Shown one piece after another: positions 37,653 through 52,254 of a stretch of DNA of 64,000 nucleotides. The first letter of the stretch is position 1, and each line of letters opens with the position of its first letter. A model generated the notes under the pieces. The model did not search any database. It saw only the letters and a program-made list of their open reading frames with translations, and had not been told where the DNA came from. Origin of the DNA: Monocercomonoides exilis PA203 (taxonomy: Eukaryota > Protista > Preaxostyla); assembly GCA_001643675.2 (NCBI GenBank), contig LSRY02000006.1:1736001-1800000 (forward strand), written 5' to 3'. Position numbers and translations under genes: made by a program.

Positions 37653-40600
37653 ATGAATTCTGATCAAGAAACATCTTTGACTCAACATGAAGGTATTAAA
37701 TGTTTATTTTTTATTCAAACATATAAATGAAATTTAAATGATGATAACTATCTTCATTCTCATTCTTGTCAAAAGAAAATGAGCCAAAAGCAGTAGCTGG
37801 TACTCCAAAAAAACGTACAAATGTTCCGCCCCTTTTTCCAACAAAGGCATCGACTGCTACTCCAAAATCGCATGTAAAAGGGATTTCTCAATCATCTCCT
37901 CTTTCTTCAATCTCAAAATCCGCTTCAAAATCAGAACAACAATCGGCTAGATCGTTAAATTCTTCTTCACGTTCAAATAGAGGTCAGCATAAATCCAATG
38001 GATCAAACGAGGAAAAATCAAACGCACCTAAATTGTCAAAGCAAACAGAACGGTTATTGGAATTATCAAATCCATCTTTTTTAAAAGGAAAATTATACTC
38101 TTCGTCTTCTCTTCTCACGCAGCTTAAGTCAACGAAATCACCTTCATATGGAAAATCAAAAGATAGTCGAGCAGTTCCTTCCAGAAATCAAAAATCGAGA
38201 GAATCTCCTCTCAGCTCACGAAACATGCAGTCAACGTTGAGCAATACTTCGTTTTCTGGGAGCCCACGACAGCAAAATTCGCTGAAGCAGCGTGCTTCAT
38301 CGCCTTTAAAAAGTTTGACCGCAGCTCAGTTTGCTCAACTTATAAACAAGCCTTTTGAAGTTGGTGGGCAAGTGTATGTAATTGAAGCAATGATCGAACC
38401 AGAAGAAGAGCAAATGCAGGAAGAACCACAAGTTCCAGAGTTTCAGGCACAGCAGCATCCTCAAATACAGTATTCAGCTCCTCCTTTGACGCCTGGCTCG
38501 CAGTGTAAAACCAGACGTTCCACAATGGCCAACAGAGGAAGAGACTCTGGCTTCACATCTCCTCGTGCAAAAACACCTACGAAAGATCTTAGTAAAATGA
38601 CAATGTCTGAGCTGCAAAAAGAACTGAAAGTCGCAAAAGAAATCACAAACAGCTCTAATATTGAAGAAGATCTGAACAAAAGTTTAACTTCCAGACAAAA
38701 TTGCAACACGCATCGCTCTTTTGAAGGAGGTGCCTCTATGCATCTTACGCCTCGTTCCTTATCTGCTCCACGTGGGATGGCGCATACTTCAGCATCGATG
38801 TCTTCCTCATTCACTTCAACAAACAATGGCGGAATGGCCTCAACTCAGACAAATGGCTATCAATCAGCTCGGCAAAGAGCCGTCACGCCCGGTCGCTTAA
38901 GGCTGCAGCGGTGTTTGCATCGGAGGACGAAAGAAGAAGACGAAGCAGCAAAGGAAGAGCTGCTCAACAGGCCGCCGTGGGTGATAGGCAGGCCTCCATC
39001 TCCGTGGAATCCCTACAAGCAGCCTGAGACTGATTACAACCAACGAGACGGATTTCTTCCGGATGAGTCGTCATTTGCAGAGTATGGAGGCAGAGACTCG
39101 TGTGTGTCGATGTCTGTTTATTCAGCAAACACTGCAGCAACTGTAGACTCAAGCACAGGAAGCACCAGCGGAAAAGAGCAGACAGATAAGGATCAGCCTC
39201 AGAATGAAGACAAGCCTGCAGATTCAGAGAATGCTAAGCCAGCAGAAGGAGAAGGAGAACAGCAGCAACAAACTGCACCTGATCCGCGCACAACAGCCGA
39301 GTTCTCCTCTGGATTTGGCAACAGACCAACTCCTCTGGCTGAATACCCTCAAATGACTGCACTGGATGGCACACCCGGTGGAGCCTTCTCTCCCTCTCGC
39401 TTCTCCAACAGATATCCTATCGGTGCCCGTGTTCCTTCGCCCAGAAGAGGCGGAGCGTCGCGTTCTGTGTCTCCTTCTTTCTCTCTCTATGGCAGCACCA
39501 TCCGCTCGCTTTCTCCGAGTCGTGGCTCTGTCTCCACACAGCCTGATCCACAAGTGGTGATTGCTGGAAATGGCGCTGCTGCTTGGATCGACCGCTCCAC
39601 GCTGGTGGCAAAGAGAGTGGCGATGGAGCTCTCACAAGAGTCTTCGCCACCTGCTCGCAAGGCCTCGCCTTCGCTGCGAAATAGCAGAGACATGGGCTTA
39701 ATCTCGGGTCTTTCATCAACAACAGCTTCTCCCATTGCACAATCATCGCCTTTTCCTTCTTCGTCATCTCCTGTTTCACAGCCACGCGCTGCTTCGCCAG
39801 CACGTTCTGTTAAATCTTCTCGTGCAATTGTAGAGCCATCGACTGCAACAGCCACAACATCCACACCAATCACAGCTGCTGCATTCAAAAATCCGTCTGC
39901 CTCGGCTGACGATAGTGACATTGACGTGAAGAAGATTGAGTCTCTCAAACAATACGAAGACACACTCATCAAAGCAAAGATCTCGTCTTCATCTCCACTG
40001 CGGAAGGACATAAACATTCAGATTGCGGCTGCAGTTGAAGCTGCAAAGATAAGAGGCATTGCTGTCACTTTTGAAAGGGATGAAAACGGACAGACTGTTG
40101 TGTTTGTTGATGGAGTACATGCCACATCAGATGCTTCTTCTGCTTCTTCTTCTTCTCAGAATTCATCTGATGATGCTAATGCAGGAAAAGAAGCGAAGCC
40201 CCAAAGAAAACCGCCGCTGTGGCACAAGTCGCCTTTGGTGGCAGGCAATCCAGAAATGAAAGAGCTGAGTGCTTCTTTGGCTGCTTCATCTGCAGAGGCT
40301 GGCTCTTCTTCAGAGGGACAAGGAAAAGAAGAGTCAGCTGGCAATGGTGCTGATGCAATGGATGATGAAGACAGCAGCGATGAAGATGATTACAGCGAGG
40401 ATGAGGATGAAGAAGAAGATGACTATGTTTACTCGGACGATGAAGAAGCAGATGAAAACGGAGAACGTCCAGTGAAAGAGAAAAAAGAGCGTTCAACAAA
40501 AAAGAAAGAGAAAAAGAAGAAAGCGTATAATCCTCCTCTTCACATATATACGACTGTTCAGAAGACATATGAAGAATTGGTTAAAGGAGGAGTCAAAGAT

Positions 40601-41149
40601 CAGAATGCGAATGCTGACTCAGCAGATAATTTGGAGGGAGATGATGCAATGGAGGATATTGACACTTCCAATTATGCAATTGAATTTACGAGTGAGGCAG
40701 ACAATGAAAACGAAGAGCAACCAGTTGAAGCATCATCCTCTTCATCTTCCGCTTCCTCCTCCTCTTCCTCTTCATCTCCTTCTTCTCCTTCATATCTCTC
40801 AGCAAACGCCTCTTCTCTTTCCCTTGCTATTCCTTCTTCAAATTCACAACAGCAATTTGAGTCATCTGACACAACTCAGCCAACTTCACTTCGACAGCCC
40901 GTTCAGTCGCCTAATGTGCGCTCTTCTCTCTCTTCCACCCGCTCATCCACTTACTCCACCGCATTGCACACACCCAGCTCTTCTCCTTACTTCACCGAAG
41001 ACGCACTCCTCCGCGCCGAGCGCAAGCATCAACAGGAAGAATCCTTACGCATGGCTTCAATGAGCGGCAAGCCTCTATTCGACAAGCAGACTCAAAAGGC
41101 TTTAATTAACTCAAATAAGAAAATTGAGGTTGCCGTTCCACAAAAATGA
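37653..41149 (+). CDS. Hypothetical Ser/Pro-rich, largely disordered protein
   Basis: 1127-codon ORF plus a short first exon MNSDQETSLTQHE joined in frame by a GT-AG intron. No recognisable domain. Confidence 0.7.
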
Positions 41150-41537
41150 GTTAGAATCTGTAATAAATAATTATTTTTATTTTTGATATTTGAGCAACTT
41201 GTTTTTATTTAATTCAAAAGCCGGGGCACCTGGAAGCTTAGTGTATTTTTTATTGTATTTAATTTTGTTTTTTTATTTACGTTTATTGTATAACATTTGC
41301 ACCTCCACAATTCTTTCTTCTTTTAATCCATTTGTACTTTTTCCTAATTTGAAATTTCCTCATATTTTTTTTTTCATGCTATTTATCAACTGTTTCTTCA
41401 TTTAAAGCAAAGCATCTGTGCAAATGGAAATTGGATGAATTGCCTTTTGTACAATGTTGAAAAACAAAAAAATAGTTATATCTTTGTTTGTTTCACTTCG
41501 CAAACACTATGTTGAAAATTGAGAATGATATGTTAAT

Positions 41538-42202
41538 TTAAAATCTCATCATGTGTGGACGCTGTGTGTTTGTAAGAGTGAAGAATGATTTCAAGTATCC
41601 CTGCATGCGGGGTATCTTTCTGATTGAATCCATCAAAGGCTTATCAATCTTCTTTTGGAGGGCAAGTAATTCCTTAGTCCTCTTTGTGTTACGTGCTCTT
41701 TGCTTCTTTTGGGTGAAGTCATCCTTATGTGCTTTCTTGAAACGAAGTTTCTTCTTTCTGAACATATCTTCTCTCACTCCTGAAAGATCAACTTTTGAAA
41801 CATTAACACGTGTTTTAGTGAGGATAAGATATGCGCGATTGAAGCGGCGAAGTGGAACGCCATTCATCTTGTATGGTCCTGTTATTTAACAACAATTGAA
41901 AAATGATAAAAAGCATTTATTTTTTATTTAAAATTGAAATTGAAATTGAAATCAATTTTCTCGATTCTTTTAAATAAAATAATTTAAATACCTGTGCAAA
42001 GAATTAATCCATTCTTAAGATTTTTCAGGCACACAACTCTACGTCCCTTGTTGCGTCCAGCAAGAACAATGGCGATTTGTCCAGGTTTGCAAACTAAAGG
42101 CAAAATAAATTTCACATAAAATAAAGAATAATAATTGATTAATTGAGTAAGCAGAATTTTATTCTGAATTATCAAGTCTAAATGGAAATACACACGCTTC
42201 AT
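41538..42202 (-). CDS. RPL6: 60S ribosomal protein L6 (eL6), 3 exons, 149 aa
   Basis: Exons 42202-42196, 42093-41992 and 41878-41538 total 450 nt: MKLCKPGQIAIVLAGRNKGRRVVCLK..GLILCTGPYKMNGVPLRRFNRAY...QKKIDKPL...GYLKSFFTL...PHMMRF. Confidence 0.9.
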
Positions 42203-42405
42203 TCTCTTTCTGATCAACAATGATATTACCCAATTGACTATTCTGATCTTTTCGATCACATTTTTAAAAAACAAAAAAAGTAAATTTTTAAATTTATTGA
42301 TTCATTTAATGAGACAAAACAAGCCAAATTCAATTTACTAATAAATCCTCATAAAATAAATGCTTAAAAAAACGCGATAAACTTTGTGGAAATTTTATGT
42401 ATTTT

Positions 42406-43774
42406 CTAGTCAGGATCGTCCATTGAAGATGAATCTCCACTTGAATAATATGATGTTAATGGACTTGAATAATAACTCGACCATGAGTAATAACTTCTTC
42501 TTTTCTTTTCTTCTTTTTCTTTTTCTTCTTGTTCAATTGATGTTGTATCAATCAGATCATAGAAATCGATTCGTTCATTCTCAAACGGGAATCGAACGTC
42601 AAGATCTTCGCTGTTAAGTTGCTCCAATTCATTTTCAATGTTTTTGATCTCTTCACCTGAAATTAATTCTTTATTTGCATCTTTGTTCGAATCATCGCCC
42701 TTTGCTATTTCTGCTGTTCCATCTTTGTTCCCTTCTTTCTCAGTTGTTTGTTCAGCATCCATATGTTGCTCATCCATCTCTCCATGTGAATCTTCCTTTG
42801 CTTCTTTTGCTTCCTTTGCCTTTTCAGCATCTTCCTTCTTTTGCAGCAGGAGCTTCTTTCTGTCTCTCTTCTCTTTCCTCTGTTTAAGGAGCCTTTCCTT
42901 TTCGATTCCTTCCTGAATCGCCTGCATCAGCGCATCTGCACTCCAATCAACCCCTCTGCGCTTGTAGAACAGCATATATGCATTTTCATCGATCACTCTC
43001 TTCTTTTCCGTCTCCGCAATCTCATTGTTTGCCTTCTCTTCCAGCTCGTTTTCATCTATTATCATCTGCTCTTCCTCAGTCATCCAGTCTTCCTCTTTGC
43101 CTCCGTTCTTCTCTCTCTCCAATCTCAACTCCTCCTTCTTCTCTCTCCTCATCCTCTCCCTCGTTCTCTCTTTGATCTGCTGCCTCTCTCCCTCATTCAC
43201 CACATCGCTGACGTAGCTGTCGTTGAAGTTCATCCACCTTCCAGTCATCGGACACAGTGCATATGCTGTGTAGTGCCCTCCGCTTGTCCATCCGCTGTGC
43301 ATCGAAACACCAAACAGATCATAAATGGCGGGGGAAGGAGAATTGGTGGAGGTGTTGGTGGATGATGATGGAAGTGAAGAAGATGAGGAAGATGATGATG
43401 ATGAACATTCATTACCACTCTGCCCTCTCTTGAAAACGAGCTCTGGGTATCTTTCTCTCAGCACATTCATCATCTCTGCTCTTTCTCCATCGCCACACTG
43501 CTCCACCCACGTGAGGTCGAGTGCGTCGACAGGATACTCAATCATCCCTGTCACTTTCTGTGCTGACAAAATCGACTTCCCCGAAGAGAAGCGCTTGAAC
43601 TGCATCACAAGCAGAGGAGGCAGTCTCCATACTTCCATCTGCTTCATCCCCTGGCGGAACTCCTTGCATCTGTTGCAGTAGTACATGTTGTCTTCCGTCA
43701 GCTCCTCGGGTGATGTGAATAGCTCGAGGCAATCCTTCAGCGTCAGCTTCTTCTTCCGAGCGTTTGGTGATTGA

Positions 43775-43806
<32 letters not shown>

Positions 43807-46800
43807 GAAAGAGGAAGAAGTGCCTTCCTTTGCAGCAATCTCGTCTTTCTTCGTCTCGTCTGCCACAACATCAATCGCCTTCTCAAAGTCGAAGCACTTC
43901 AAATTGAGAGCCACCACCGTCAGCTCTTCAATGTCATCTGGCAGCTCCTCTGCGAATGTGATCTCTTTGTTGAACGACACCTCCACAAGCGCCTTGCTGA
44001 TGTCTGGGCGATGATACACCAGCCGATACGGCAGAAACGCACGCGACGGAAGCGGCAGGTCTGCCAGCCATGCGCTGAGCTTCTGGTATTCTGGAAGCAG
44101 ATCGGTGTATTCTTTCTCTTCGTTGCGCTTTTTGAGCTCGGCTTCTTCCGCTTTTCGCTTCTCTTCGGCTTCTTTGCGCTCTTTCTCTTCTCTTTCTTCT
44201 CTTTCTTTCTTCTCTTTCTTTTCTCTTTCTTTTCTCTCTTTCTCTTCCTTTTCTGGGTCAATCTCTTTCTCTTCTTTCTCTTTCTCCTTTTCTTTTTCTT
44301 TGGCCAATCTTTCTGCTCTCAATTTTTCTCTTTTCTCCTTCTTGATTTCTTCGATCTTTTCGCTCCAAGAACTGCTTTCTGACAGCTCATCAGCAAATTT
44401 GAAGCACAATTCCTGGATTTCTTCTTGTGTAAGCAAATCATCATCATTGATGTCATCTGGATCTTCTTCTTTTCTGTTCGCTGCCTCAACTGCTCTTTCT
44501 GCTTCCTTTGCTTTTCTCTTCGCCTCTTCTTCTTTCTCCTTCTTCTTCTCCGCAGCTGCGTCAATCATCTTCCTCTTCCAGATGTTCGGAGCAACCTCTG
44601 CATACGCACCAACCCTGTCTCTGCCATCGCACACACTCTCAAAGAACTCTCTCTCACACTCGTCGTCGGTGGTGAGGTAGTCGTCGTTGTAGCACTGATA
44701 CCACGGCTTCCTTCTCCCGTCAGGCATTCGCTCGCCATAGTAATTCCCTGCATAGTCGTTGTCATAGAAGGACCCATCTTCACCAAAGAGTGGCTCCACA
44801 TAATGAGACGAACACGATGCAGATGCTTCTGATGATGTTTGTTCGGATCCCTTTTCGGGCTTCTTGGCATCATCAGGTTCTGCTCCTTCTTTCTTTTCTT
44901 GTTCGCTTTTCTCTTCGCTTTTCTCCTCCATTGCCTTTGCCTCTGTCTCTGCCTCCGCATCCTTTTTCACCTCACTAACAACAATCTCCTCCTTCTCCTT
45001 CCTGTCCACCTCTGCCCGCTTCTCCATCCATATCTTCAGCGCCACTGGGTCCAGCTGCGACTTCATTGCATTCCACACTCTGTTCTGCACATCCCACGGT
45101 GTGTTGTGGTGCACCCGCACACTCGCTACTATGGGGCCTCCGCGCAAATGAGTGCTGTATGGATAATACGATGAGTATGCTGATCTGCTCACAGAACTCA
45201 CTGACAGCCGCAAATTCAGCAGGTCGTGCTCGTGTTCATACTGTTTGGCTTCTTCGGCTTTTCGGTTCTTCTCTTCTTCTTCTGCCTGTTTTTTTCTTTC
45301 TGCTTCTTCTTCTTCTTTCTTCAACTTTTCTTCTTCGGCTTTCATTTCTGCTTCCTCCTCTTCTTTTGTTTTAGGTTTTGTTTCAGTCGAGTCAGCGTTT
45401 CCATCAGATTCAGTCTTATCTGAGTCCTCATTCGGCTTCTCTGCACTTTTGTCTTCTTCTTCGTTGTTGTTGTTGCTGTTTGTGTATCCGCCATTGGTCC
45501 ATCCTCCACTCCAGTTGTACTCTGACTTCTTTGCTCCTGTGCCAGCCGAGGCAGAAGAATCAGTGGCAGCAGCCGCCATCGTCTGCATCTTGCTCGACCA
45601 CACGCTTAGCCCATCCACCTCTACGACAGTGATGCGCTTCTGGTGGATCGCAATGGCCTCGTCTTTTAGCCCGTACCACTTCCACACCCGCCCAAAGGAC
45701 ACTTCGCAGCCGACAAGCTTCTCCTTCTCCACGCCAACCAGCGGCGACAGCTTCTTCGCGATGTCTTCGATGGACGAGAATTTGGGGATTTCCAACACAA
45801 ACGAGATGGGCCGGCGGTGTGTGGATGTGATGTATCCTGGAAAGAGAGAATAGACGCATGTAGGATATTTCTGTTTCGATTAATGTGAGTAATATAAGAT
45901 TAATTCGGGGAAAAAAAATTAATTTGTTAAAAAGGATGAATAATAAAATGAATGAATAAGAGAGTGAAAAAAGTTTCCAGAAATTCAATGAAGCTATCTT
46001 TATCAAATGTTTTTGTAGAAATAAAAATGATGTTTCTCAATTCTCTCTGTGTGTGTTCTGTTTATTCAAACTTTCAGTCGTTCTTTTACGCTCTTCATAT
46101 CAAGTGAGTTGTCTGGAAGAAAGATAATATCCATTTTCATCGTGCGTTCCCCAGGAAGCGGCAGCGGCAGAACAGAAAAAGGATCAAATGTAACACTCCG
46201 CTTTTTGCAAACTGGGCAGTCAATTGTCGACTTCAGCTGGCCTTCGAAATAATCAACAACAAATGATTTGTTGCGCAAAAGATGCTTCGACCATGCGTTT
46301 GCAGCATTCTCCGCGTCGTTATTTCCAGTTGCTTCAGTCATCTCCACATAAGGTTTGTTAAGAACACGATTTAAATCTTCGTGCTGAATTTTTTTCGATA
46401 AGAATTATCAGAAACACAAAATAATGAATAAATTATTGAACAAAAAATTGCATTGAAAAATAGTTAATAAATATTATATTCACAATCAAAAAAGATAAAG
46501 CCTTCATACTAATCCATCTAACAAAAATGTGAGAAGTTCTTGCGAATCATGTTGCTGATAGCCCATGAATTGAGGAGCAAAATGACCAATTACAGTCTTT
46601 AAATCAGAAGGTGAAACTGTTCTGTTATCATCTTTCCATATCTTTTTCAAAAAAGAATAATAACTTCCGGCCATTTTTCCTCCACATCCTAAAACGTTTT
46701 TTTCATTAACATCTTTTAACCATGATAAGGAAAGCATATGTGCCGTTAATGGAAGAGCGTGTGACAAGCATTGTAAAGCTGAATTCATAAAGCAGGTATT

Positions 46801-46960
46801 TCCAAGATTTGATAATCCAACTGCGCCTGGAATGGTTGTACGCTGGCCAGAAGATGATTGCAATGTGTTTGAAGAATTAAAAGTGTTCCATGATTTGCTT
46901 TCTGAATCTGGTCGCAAAACTATTGAGGTATTTGGTTCATGATTTTCCTCAAAATCAGAG
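42406..46960 (-). CDS. Ubiquitin-specific protease (peptidase C19, USP4/11/15-like), multi-exon; 5' exon(s) unresolved
   Basis: Cys box GLSNLGNTCFMNSALQCL, QQHDSQELL, FEGQLKSTIDCPVC, YYCNRC, LPPLLVMQFKRF, His box HSGWTSGGHYTAYA, FNDSYV, AYMLFYKRR. Confidence 0.92.
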
Positions 46961-48490
46961 CTACAACAAACAAATTGATGGAGTTGAGTGCAAAAAAGAT
47001 GAATAAAAATGAAGAAGTGAAAAAGAATATATGTTTTATTTCTCACAAATCATCAGTAAATTCACACATTTTTTTATTCTGACTTTCGTTCTTTGTTAAA
47101 TTTTCATTTTCTTCAATTTTTTTGTTTTCTAAAAAATATTATTTAAATTACCCAAAAACATAGACAACAACAGCAAATTGAAAAAAATTTTTTCCATGAA
47201 TAAAATTTTAAATGAATAATACCAGGTTCATTCTTTGAAGATAAATTATCTAATTCTTTGGTTGTGACTTCATCCTTTGTGTTGTCTTCTTTTTTATTTA
47301 AGATGTTATCCTCTTTCATTTATGATCAAAGCACCAATAATTAATTTGGACTTTCATCGATCACTTTTTTTTTGTTTTTTAACAAAAAAACAATTTATTT
47401 ATTTCAATTTTTCTTTCAATATGATGCAACAACAAATAAACACATTTACGAATAAAGTCATGTTCTTCTTTGAACAATATTCATTTTATTTTTAATTATT
47501 GTTTTTCTTTGTGTTTATAATTGTTTGTTTTGAAAAAAAAAAAAAAGAAATATTTATTGGTAATTTAATTTTTTAAAAAAAGAGATGCATGACATAAATT
47601 TCACCAATTCAATAATGAGAAAAATATCTAATATTGTCCGAAAAATATTGAAAATCGTTTTTTAAAAAAAATCTGCTGAATGATATCAATAAATTTGTTT
47701 ATTCGATGTTTTTGACTATTGTGAACATTCGGATTCCAATATTTTTTTGTATATCATATTTATTCTATGATGTTCAACATAAACGTTCATTTTTTAAATG
47801 GATGTGATTAGATACAATGCAGATTGAATCAAATAATTCAAATTGAAAAAATAATTTTAAATTGTGGGGGTTATTTTATATAACCCCTGTTAATTTGAAT
47901 TGACTTGCTTATTTTTAAAATACACATGCGATTTTGAATTGAATGTTTAAAACTTGAAAAAGAATAATATTAAATAACAAACAGAAAAGATTTATATAAA
48001 AAACTGAAGTCAATTTTGATTTTCTCTTAGAAAAAAATTTGGTCTTTCAATAATCAACTTCGAAAAAATAGAATAATTCGATAATTCGTTTTAAATGCTA
48101 TTTCAATTTATGTCATCGAAAACATGAGTTATATAATGAGAGTTTGAATGATTGCTGCAATTAGAAATTCAATTTTCCCAATATACAAATTATAAAAGCT
48201 TTTTAATACTTTTTGTTTTTTTCTTCACAATTGTGAACTGTTTCTTAATACTATAGCACCAACGATAACTTCTGTACCATTATGCTCAGTCCTCATTGTT
48301 AATTACTGCTTTTTTCGTTTTTAGCAACAGCAATTTTCAAACAATATTGTTTTTCATTTTTCGCCTTGTTGATAAACAATGTTAAAAATCATTAACAAAA
48401 AATATATAAAGCACTGAATTTTAAAAAGTGTGTATGGTTATTTTTCAAGATTTCCTATCGAGTATTAAACATTTCTATTTTTAACAAATT

Positions 48491-48746
48491 GGGTAATTAT
48501 TTTTGAAATCATAACTTTTTTCGGGGTGTTTGTAATTCTAAAATTTTGTTTCTTGGAAAAGGAATTATTCTTTTGAAGGGGAAAAAAGACATAATAATTG
48601 TTTGAAAAAACGATATTCGAGAACGTATTTAAAAAAACAATCTTTTGAGCAGCTATAACTTTGTAGTATCGTTTAATCTGCATTTTAAGTGAAGACTCAG
48701 ACTGAAATTTTTGATAGAAAAAATATGAATTCAAAAATAATTACCC
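48491..48746 (-). mobile_element. GGGT-TIR MITE copy C (256 bp), TSD AATT
   Basis: gggtaattatttttgaaatcataacttttttcggggtgt ... tatgaattcaaaaataattaccc; AATT at 48487-48490 and 48747-48750. Confidence 0.92.
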
Positions 48747-49309
48747 AATTTTGCTTTTTCGATTTTTATCTTATTATTAAGTCGATTATACATTTTTCTT
48801 TCGTGCCTAAAGCACAGAAAGCCTTTCATATGTGGATGATCAAAATTTTGAAGTATTTTTATCCTCAGAATTACTCTTTAGCGCAAATAAAATTTCTACG
48901 ATCCCATCAGTTTATTTTCTCTAGTCTAAATAAACAGATTTATATTCCAGCACGCTCAAACCATCATCAACAGTTCTATCTTCCTTCTATTTACAGCTCC
49001 GACACTTTTTTCTCTGCCTTTGACACCTCCTTTCTTCGCCAAACAAGCTCTTCACCAAATGCTTCTAGATGTCTAAATTTTTTTGTAAAGTTCCTTTTGT
49101 TTAATTTTCAAATAAAGAAAAAATATCAAATTTTCATCAAATTTCGGTTTTCGCTCACCAAACTTCACTAAATTGGAAATAATAACATTGTCAATATTTT
49201 ATTGTCATGATATCGAAATTTGATGAGTGGGAACAGAAATTTGATCAAAATAAGAAATCTTTATTTAATTTGAAAATTAAACAAAAGGAACTTTTCAAAA
49301 TAATTTAGA

Positions 49310-50814
49310 CAGATGCTCGAAGGATCAGAAAATAAAAGAGAAGCGCCAGGAAGATTGCTTCATTCGTACAGAAAAAACATCGCTTTGAATGGTGCGAATG
49401 GAATAATTCAGATGGCGGATTTTCATCTGGTGGTGCACTTTATGTTGTTTGTTCCAATGCAAATCTCACAATCATTTCTTGTTCGTTTTTCAATTGCAAT
49501 TGTCCAGGAAGTGATTGTGGTGGAGGAGCATTGTTCTGCGGAAATTTATGGAAATTTGATATCACAAAATCAAATTTCACAAATTGTTCTGCTTAACATG
49601 GAGGAGCGAATTGTTTATCTACTCCACAATCATCTTCAGTTTGGAAGTTCTCAGAAAACAGAGTTGAAAGCTGTTCAATAACAAACTGGTGTGGAACTGG
49701 TTGGTGCTTTTCACTCTATTACATGCCCTCAGATGCTCAATTCCTTTTTATCAAATGAAAGTGCATCTCAAATTCTGGTGGTGATTCTGCTGGTTCTCTC
49801 ACTTTTCAAAATCCACCAAGCAATAAGCCAAGTCAATTTTTGGTCGATAATTGTCAATTTATAAATAACAAATTGACATCAACTTCAACTTCCTATGGAT
49901 GTGCCGCAATGTGTTTTTATCCTCCTTTTCCCTGGATGAATAATATGAGATTCATCACTTTTTGTTTCTTTGATGGCAACACCGCAACTAATGGCAGAGG
50001 AAACGATGTGGTTTTCAATGGCAGCAGCATCACTCAATCACCTTTCCAGCAATGCAGCTTAACAACCCCAACACAAAGAGTATGGAATCAAGGAACAGCT
50101 GATAGCGATGTGTACAATGGCTGGCTCCCCCTCATCGCCCAGAACAAAATCGTTTCTAACAGCGGAACTGATGCTGATACCTGTGGCAGACCCCAACAGA
50201 CACCATGTGCTACCATCGAGTATGCTCTCAGTGGTTTTGCCCTCCCCCAAGATGCCTCCCTCATCCTCCTCAAATCCACCTTTGCACACATCCAGACACT
50301 CACGTTCGTTTCTCCTTACACAAAAATCACCGAAAATTGCACAGATGCCACAACCATTGCCTCCAGTGGCATTCCCCAACCATCAAACTCATATTCACAC
50401 TCATCACAAACAACATCATCATTTTCTTCATTTTCATCCTCATCAACAATTTCTTCACCAGATCCATCTGCCTCGTCTGCCCTCTTCCAACAGACCCAGG
50501 GCTCCCTCACAGTCTCTGCCCTCGCCCTCGCCCACAACTCCACAAATCAAATCACCCCCATCTTCTTCCACCTCTCCGATAACTCCCCTTCCCTCAACCT
50601 CAACACAACCACCATCACTGGAACAATCCCATCTTCATCATCAATCACCACACCCCTCTTCTTCCTCACTGCTGGCTCCCTTTCCCTCACCAACTGCACC
50701 ATTACCAACATCAATTCACCACAGCTACACCAACAAACAACGAATCGTTTTGCAAGCAACAAATTGATTTTCAATGTGTTTTACCAGAATGACTCTGTTT
50801 TAATTTTAACTTAA
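49310..50814 (+). pseudogene. Truncated pseudogene of a Pmp-like beta-helix surface protein
   Basis: One frame reads FEWCEWN..SGGALYV..CGGGALFC..CSA*HGGA..FIK*KC.. and runs into ORF 49840..50814 (GNDVVF, CGRPQQTPCATIEYAL). In-frame stops at 49594 and 49756; no TM or C-terminal domain. Start approximate. Confidence 0.7.
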
Positions 50815-51998
50815 TATTGTTTAATTCATTTCATCTAAAAATATCTTCTTTGTTACCGAGCTTATCGTAATATTATCAACAATATTAGAGTGTTAAATCG
50901 GAACTCTGCACCACATTTGGAAAATGTCATACGTGAACTGTTTTTGACTATGAATATTTTAAATAAAACAAAATGCTTCGCTAAATGAATTTTTAGCTTG
51001 TCGTTAATTTCTAGAATTCCTACGTTTACACATGAAGATTTGGAATTTGTTTATTTTATTGAAACAATTTTCTTAATTTATCGAAATCTTCTTTAAAATA
51101 GAAGACGTTAAGGATCTGTTTTCTTTTTTTGCCAATCGCATCATATCATGGACATGCAGCAAATAACTTTCGCTTTATAAGAAGACTTCAGCAAATGACA
51201 AGCCATTATGCAGCATAAACTGTGAAAAGCTTATAGAGAACAAATCCTGAAATAGGAGATAACTTTTTATAAAAGTGTAAATTACTCAAAATCATTTGAA
51301 ACGATTGTGAATAAAACATGAACATCAAGCATTCTGCACTCAAAAAATTTTCTAACATTTTCGTTTGGATTCGCGTTTATGAGATTTAGAAATAAAGCTT
51401 AAATGATTTTCCTGGAATTATATCGAAAATAAATGATGTTTTATAAATTGACTCCAACATCAAATTATACACTCATGATTGTTTTGAGAATATAATTTGC
51501 TGTGGAAATATTTTTTATTATAATGGTTATTTTCGAGATACTCCCAATATTTGTTAAGCTTTTTCTGAGTTAATGATTGCAGAAACTTCTCCACTTTACG
51601 GCAAGGTACTTTTCGGTTCATCGCATTCAAGTGATGAGATACAAGACAGAATGTTTGTGATTTAATTTTTTTGTCAATACGGAAATTTATTTTCATCGTG
51701 ATTGATAGATTTGTTCAGAGTAGTGAAAATTCATCTCAATCAGGACAAACTGAAATTAATGCGAAAAAACTGTTTAATAATTGAATCAAATGAAAGAAGT
51801 CCACATTCTTCAGAAGAATCGATGATTTTGACTCCAATAAAACGGAAAAATGCTGCGATTCATCAAGATCATGATTCTCTAACTGAAAGAAGGGAAAATT
51901 CAATAGACAGCGAAAAAACGTGTTCTTCTCCATTTTTCAAATCTTCTGCAACATCTTCGCAGGTTTTGAATTCTAAAAGAAATTCTCAAATCCCAGAT

Positions 51999-52254
51999 GG
52001 GTAATTATTTTTGAAATCATATTTTATCTAACAAAAATATCGGTTCGAAAATTACACTCGAATATATGTAAATGAACCCTGAAAAATTATTGATCAATTT
52101 TTTTGACTTATAGACAATTTTTCCATTTCAAACTTAGGCTTTTGAAACGATTAATAAACATTTAATTTCGAAATGAAAATTATAAAGATAATAACAATGT
52201 ATTTTCATAATAAAAACACTCCGAAAAAAGTTATGATTTCGAAAATAATCACCC
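51999..52254 (+). mobile_element. GGGT-TIR MITE copy D (256 bp), TSD AGAT
   Basis: gggtaattatttttgaaatcata ... acactccgaaaaaagttatgatttcgaaaataatcaccc; AGAT at 51995-51998 and 52255-52258. The host reading frame continues across the empty site. Confidence 0.93.

Noticed and set aside
47866-47887. Mini-palindrome ggggttat-tttat-ataacccc resembling a collapsed TIR pair
   Set aside because: Only an 8-bp stem and no ANNT TSD; chance cannot be excluded.
48465-48734. Small ORFs sharing NTPKKVMISKIITQ (also 52173..52361)
   Set aside because: They are translations of the MITE terminal motif, not a protein family.
49594-49596. In-frame TAA/TAG in relic genes as a sign of TAR=Gln recoding
   Set aside because: Intact genes end in TAA or TAG and have long ORFs without internal TAR. 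The relics also contain TGA stops and frameshifts.
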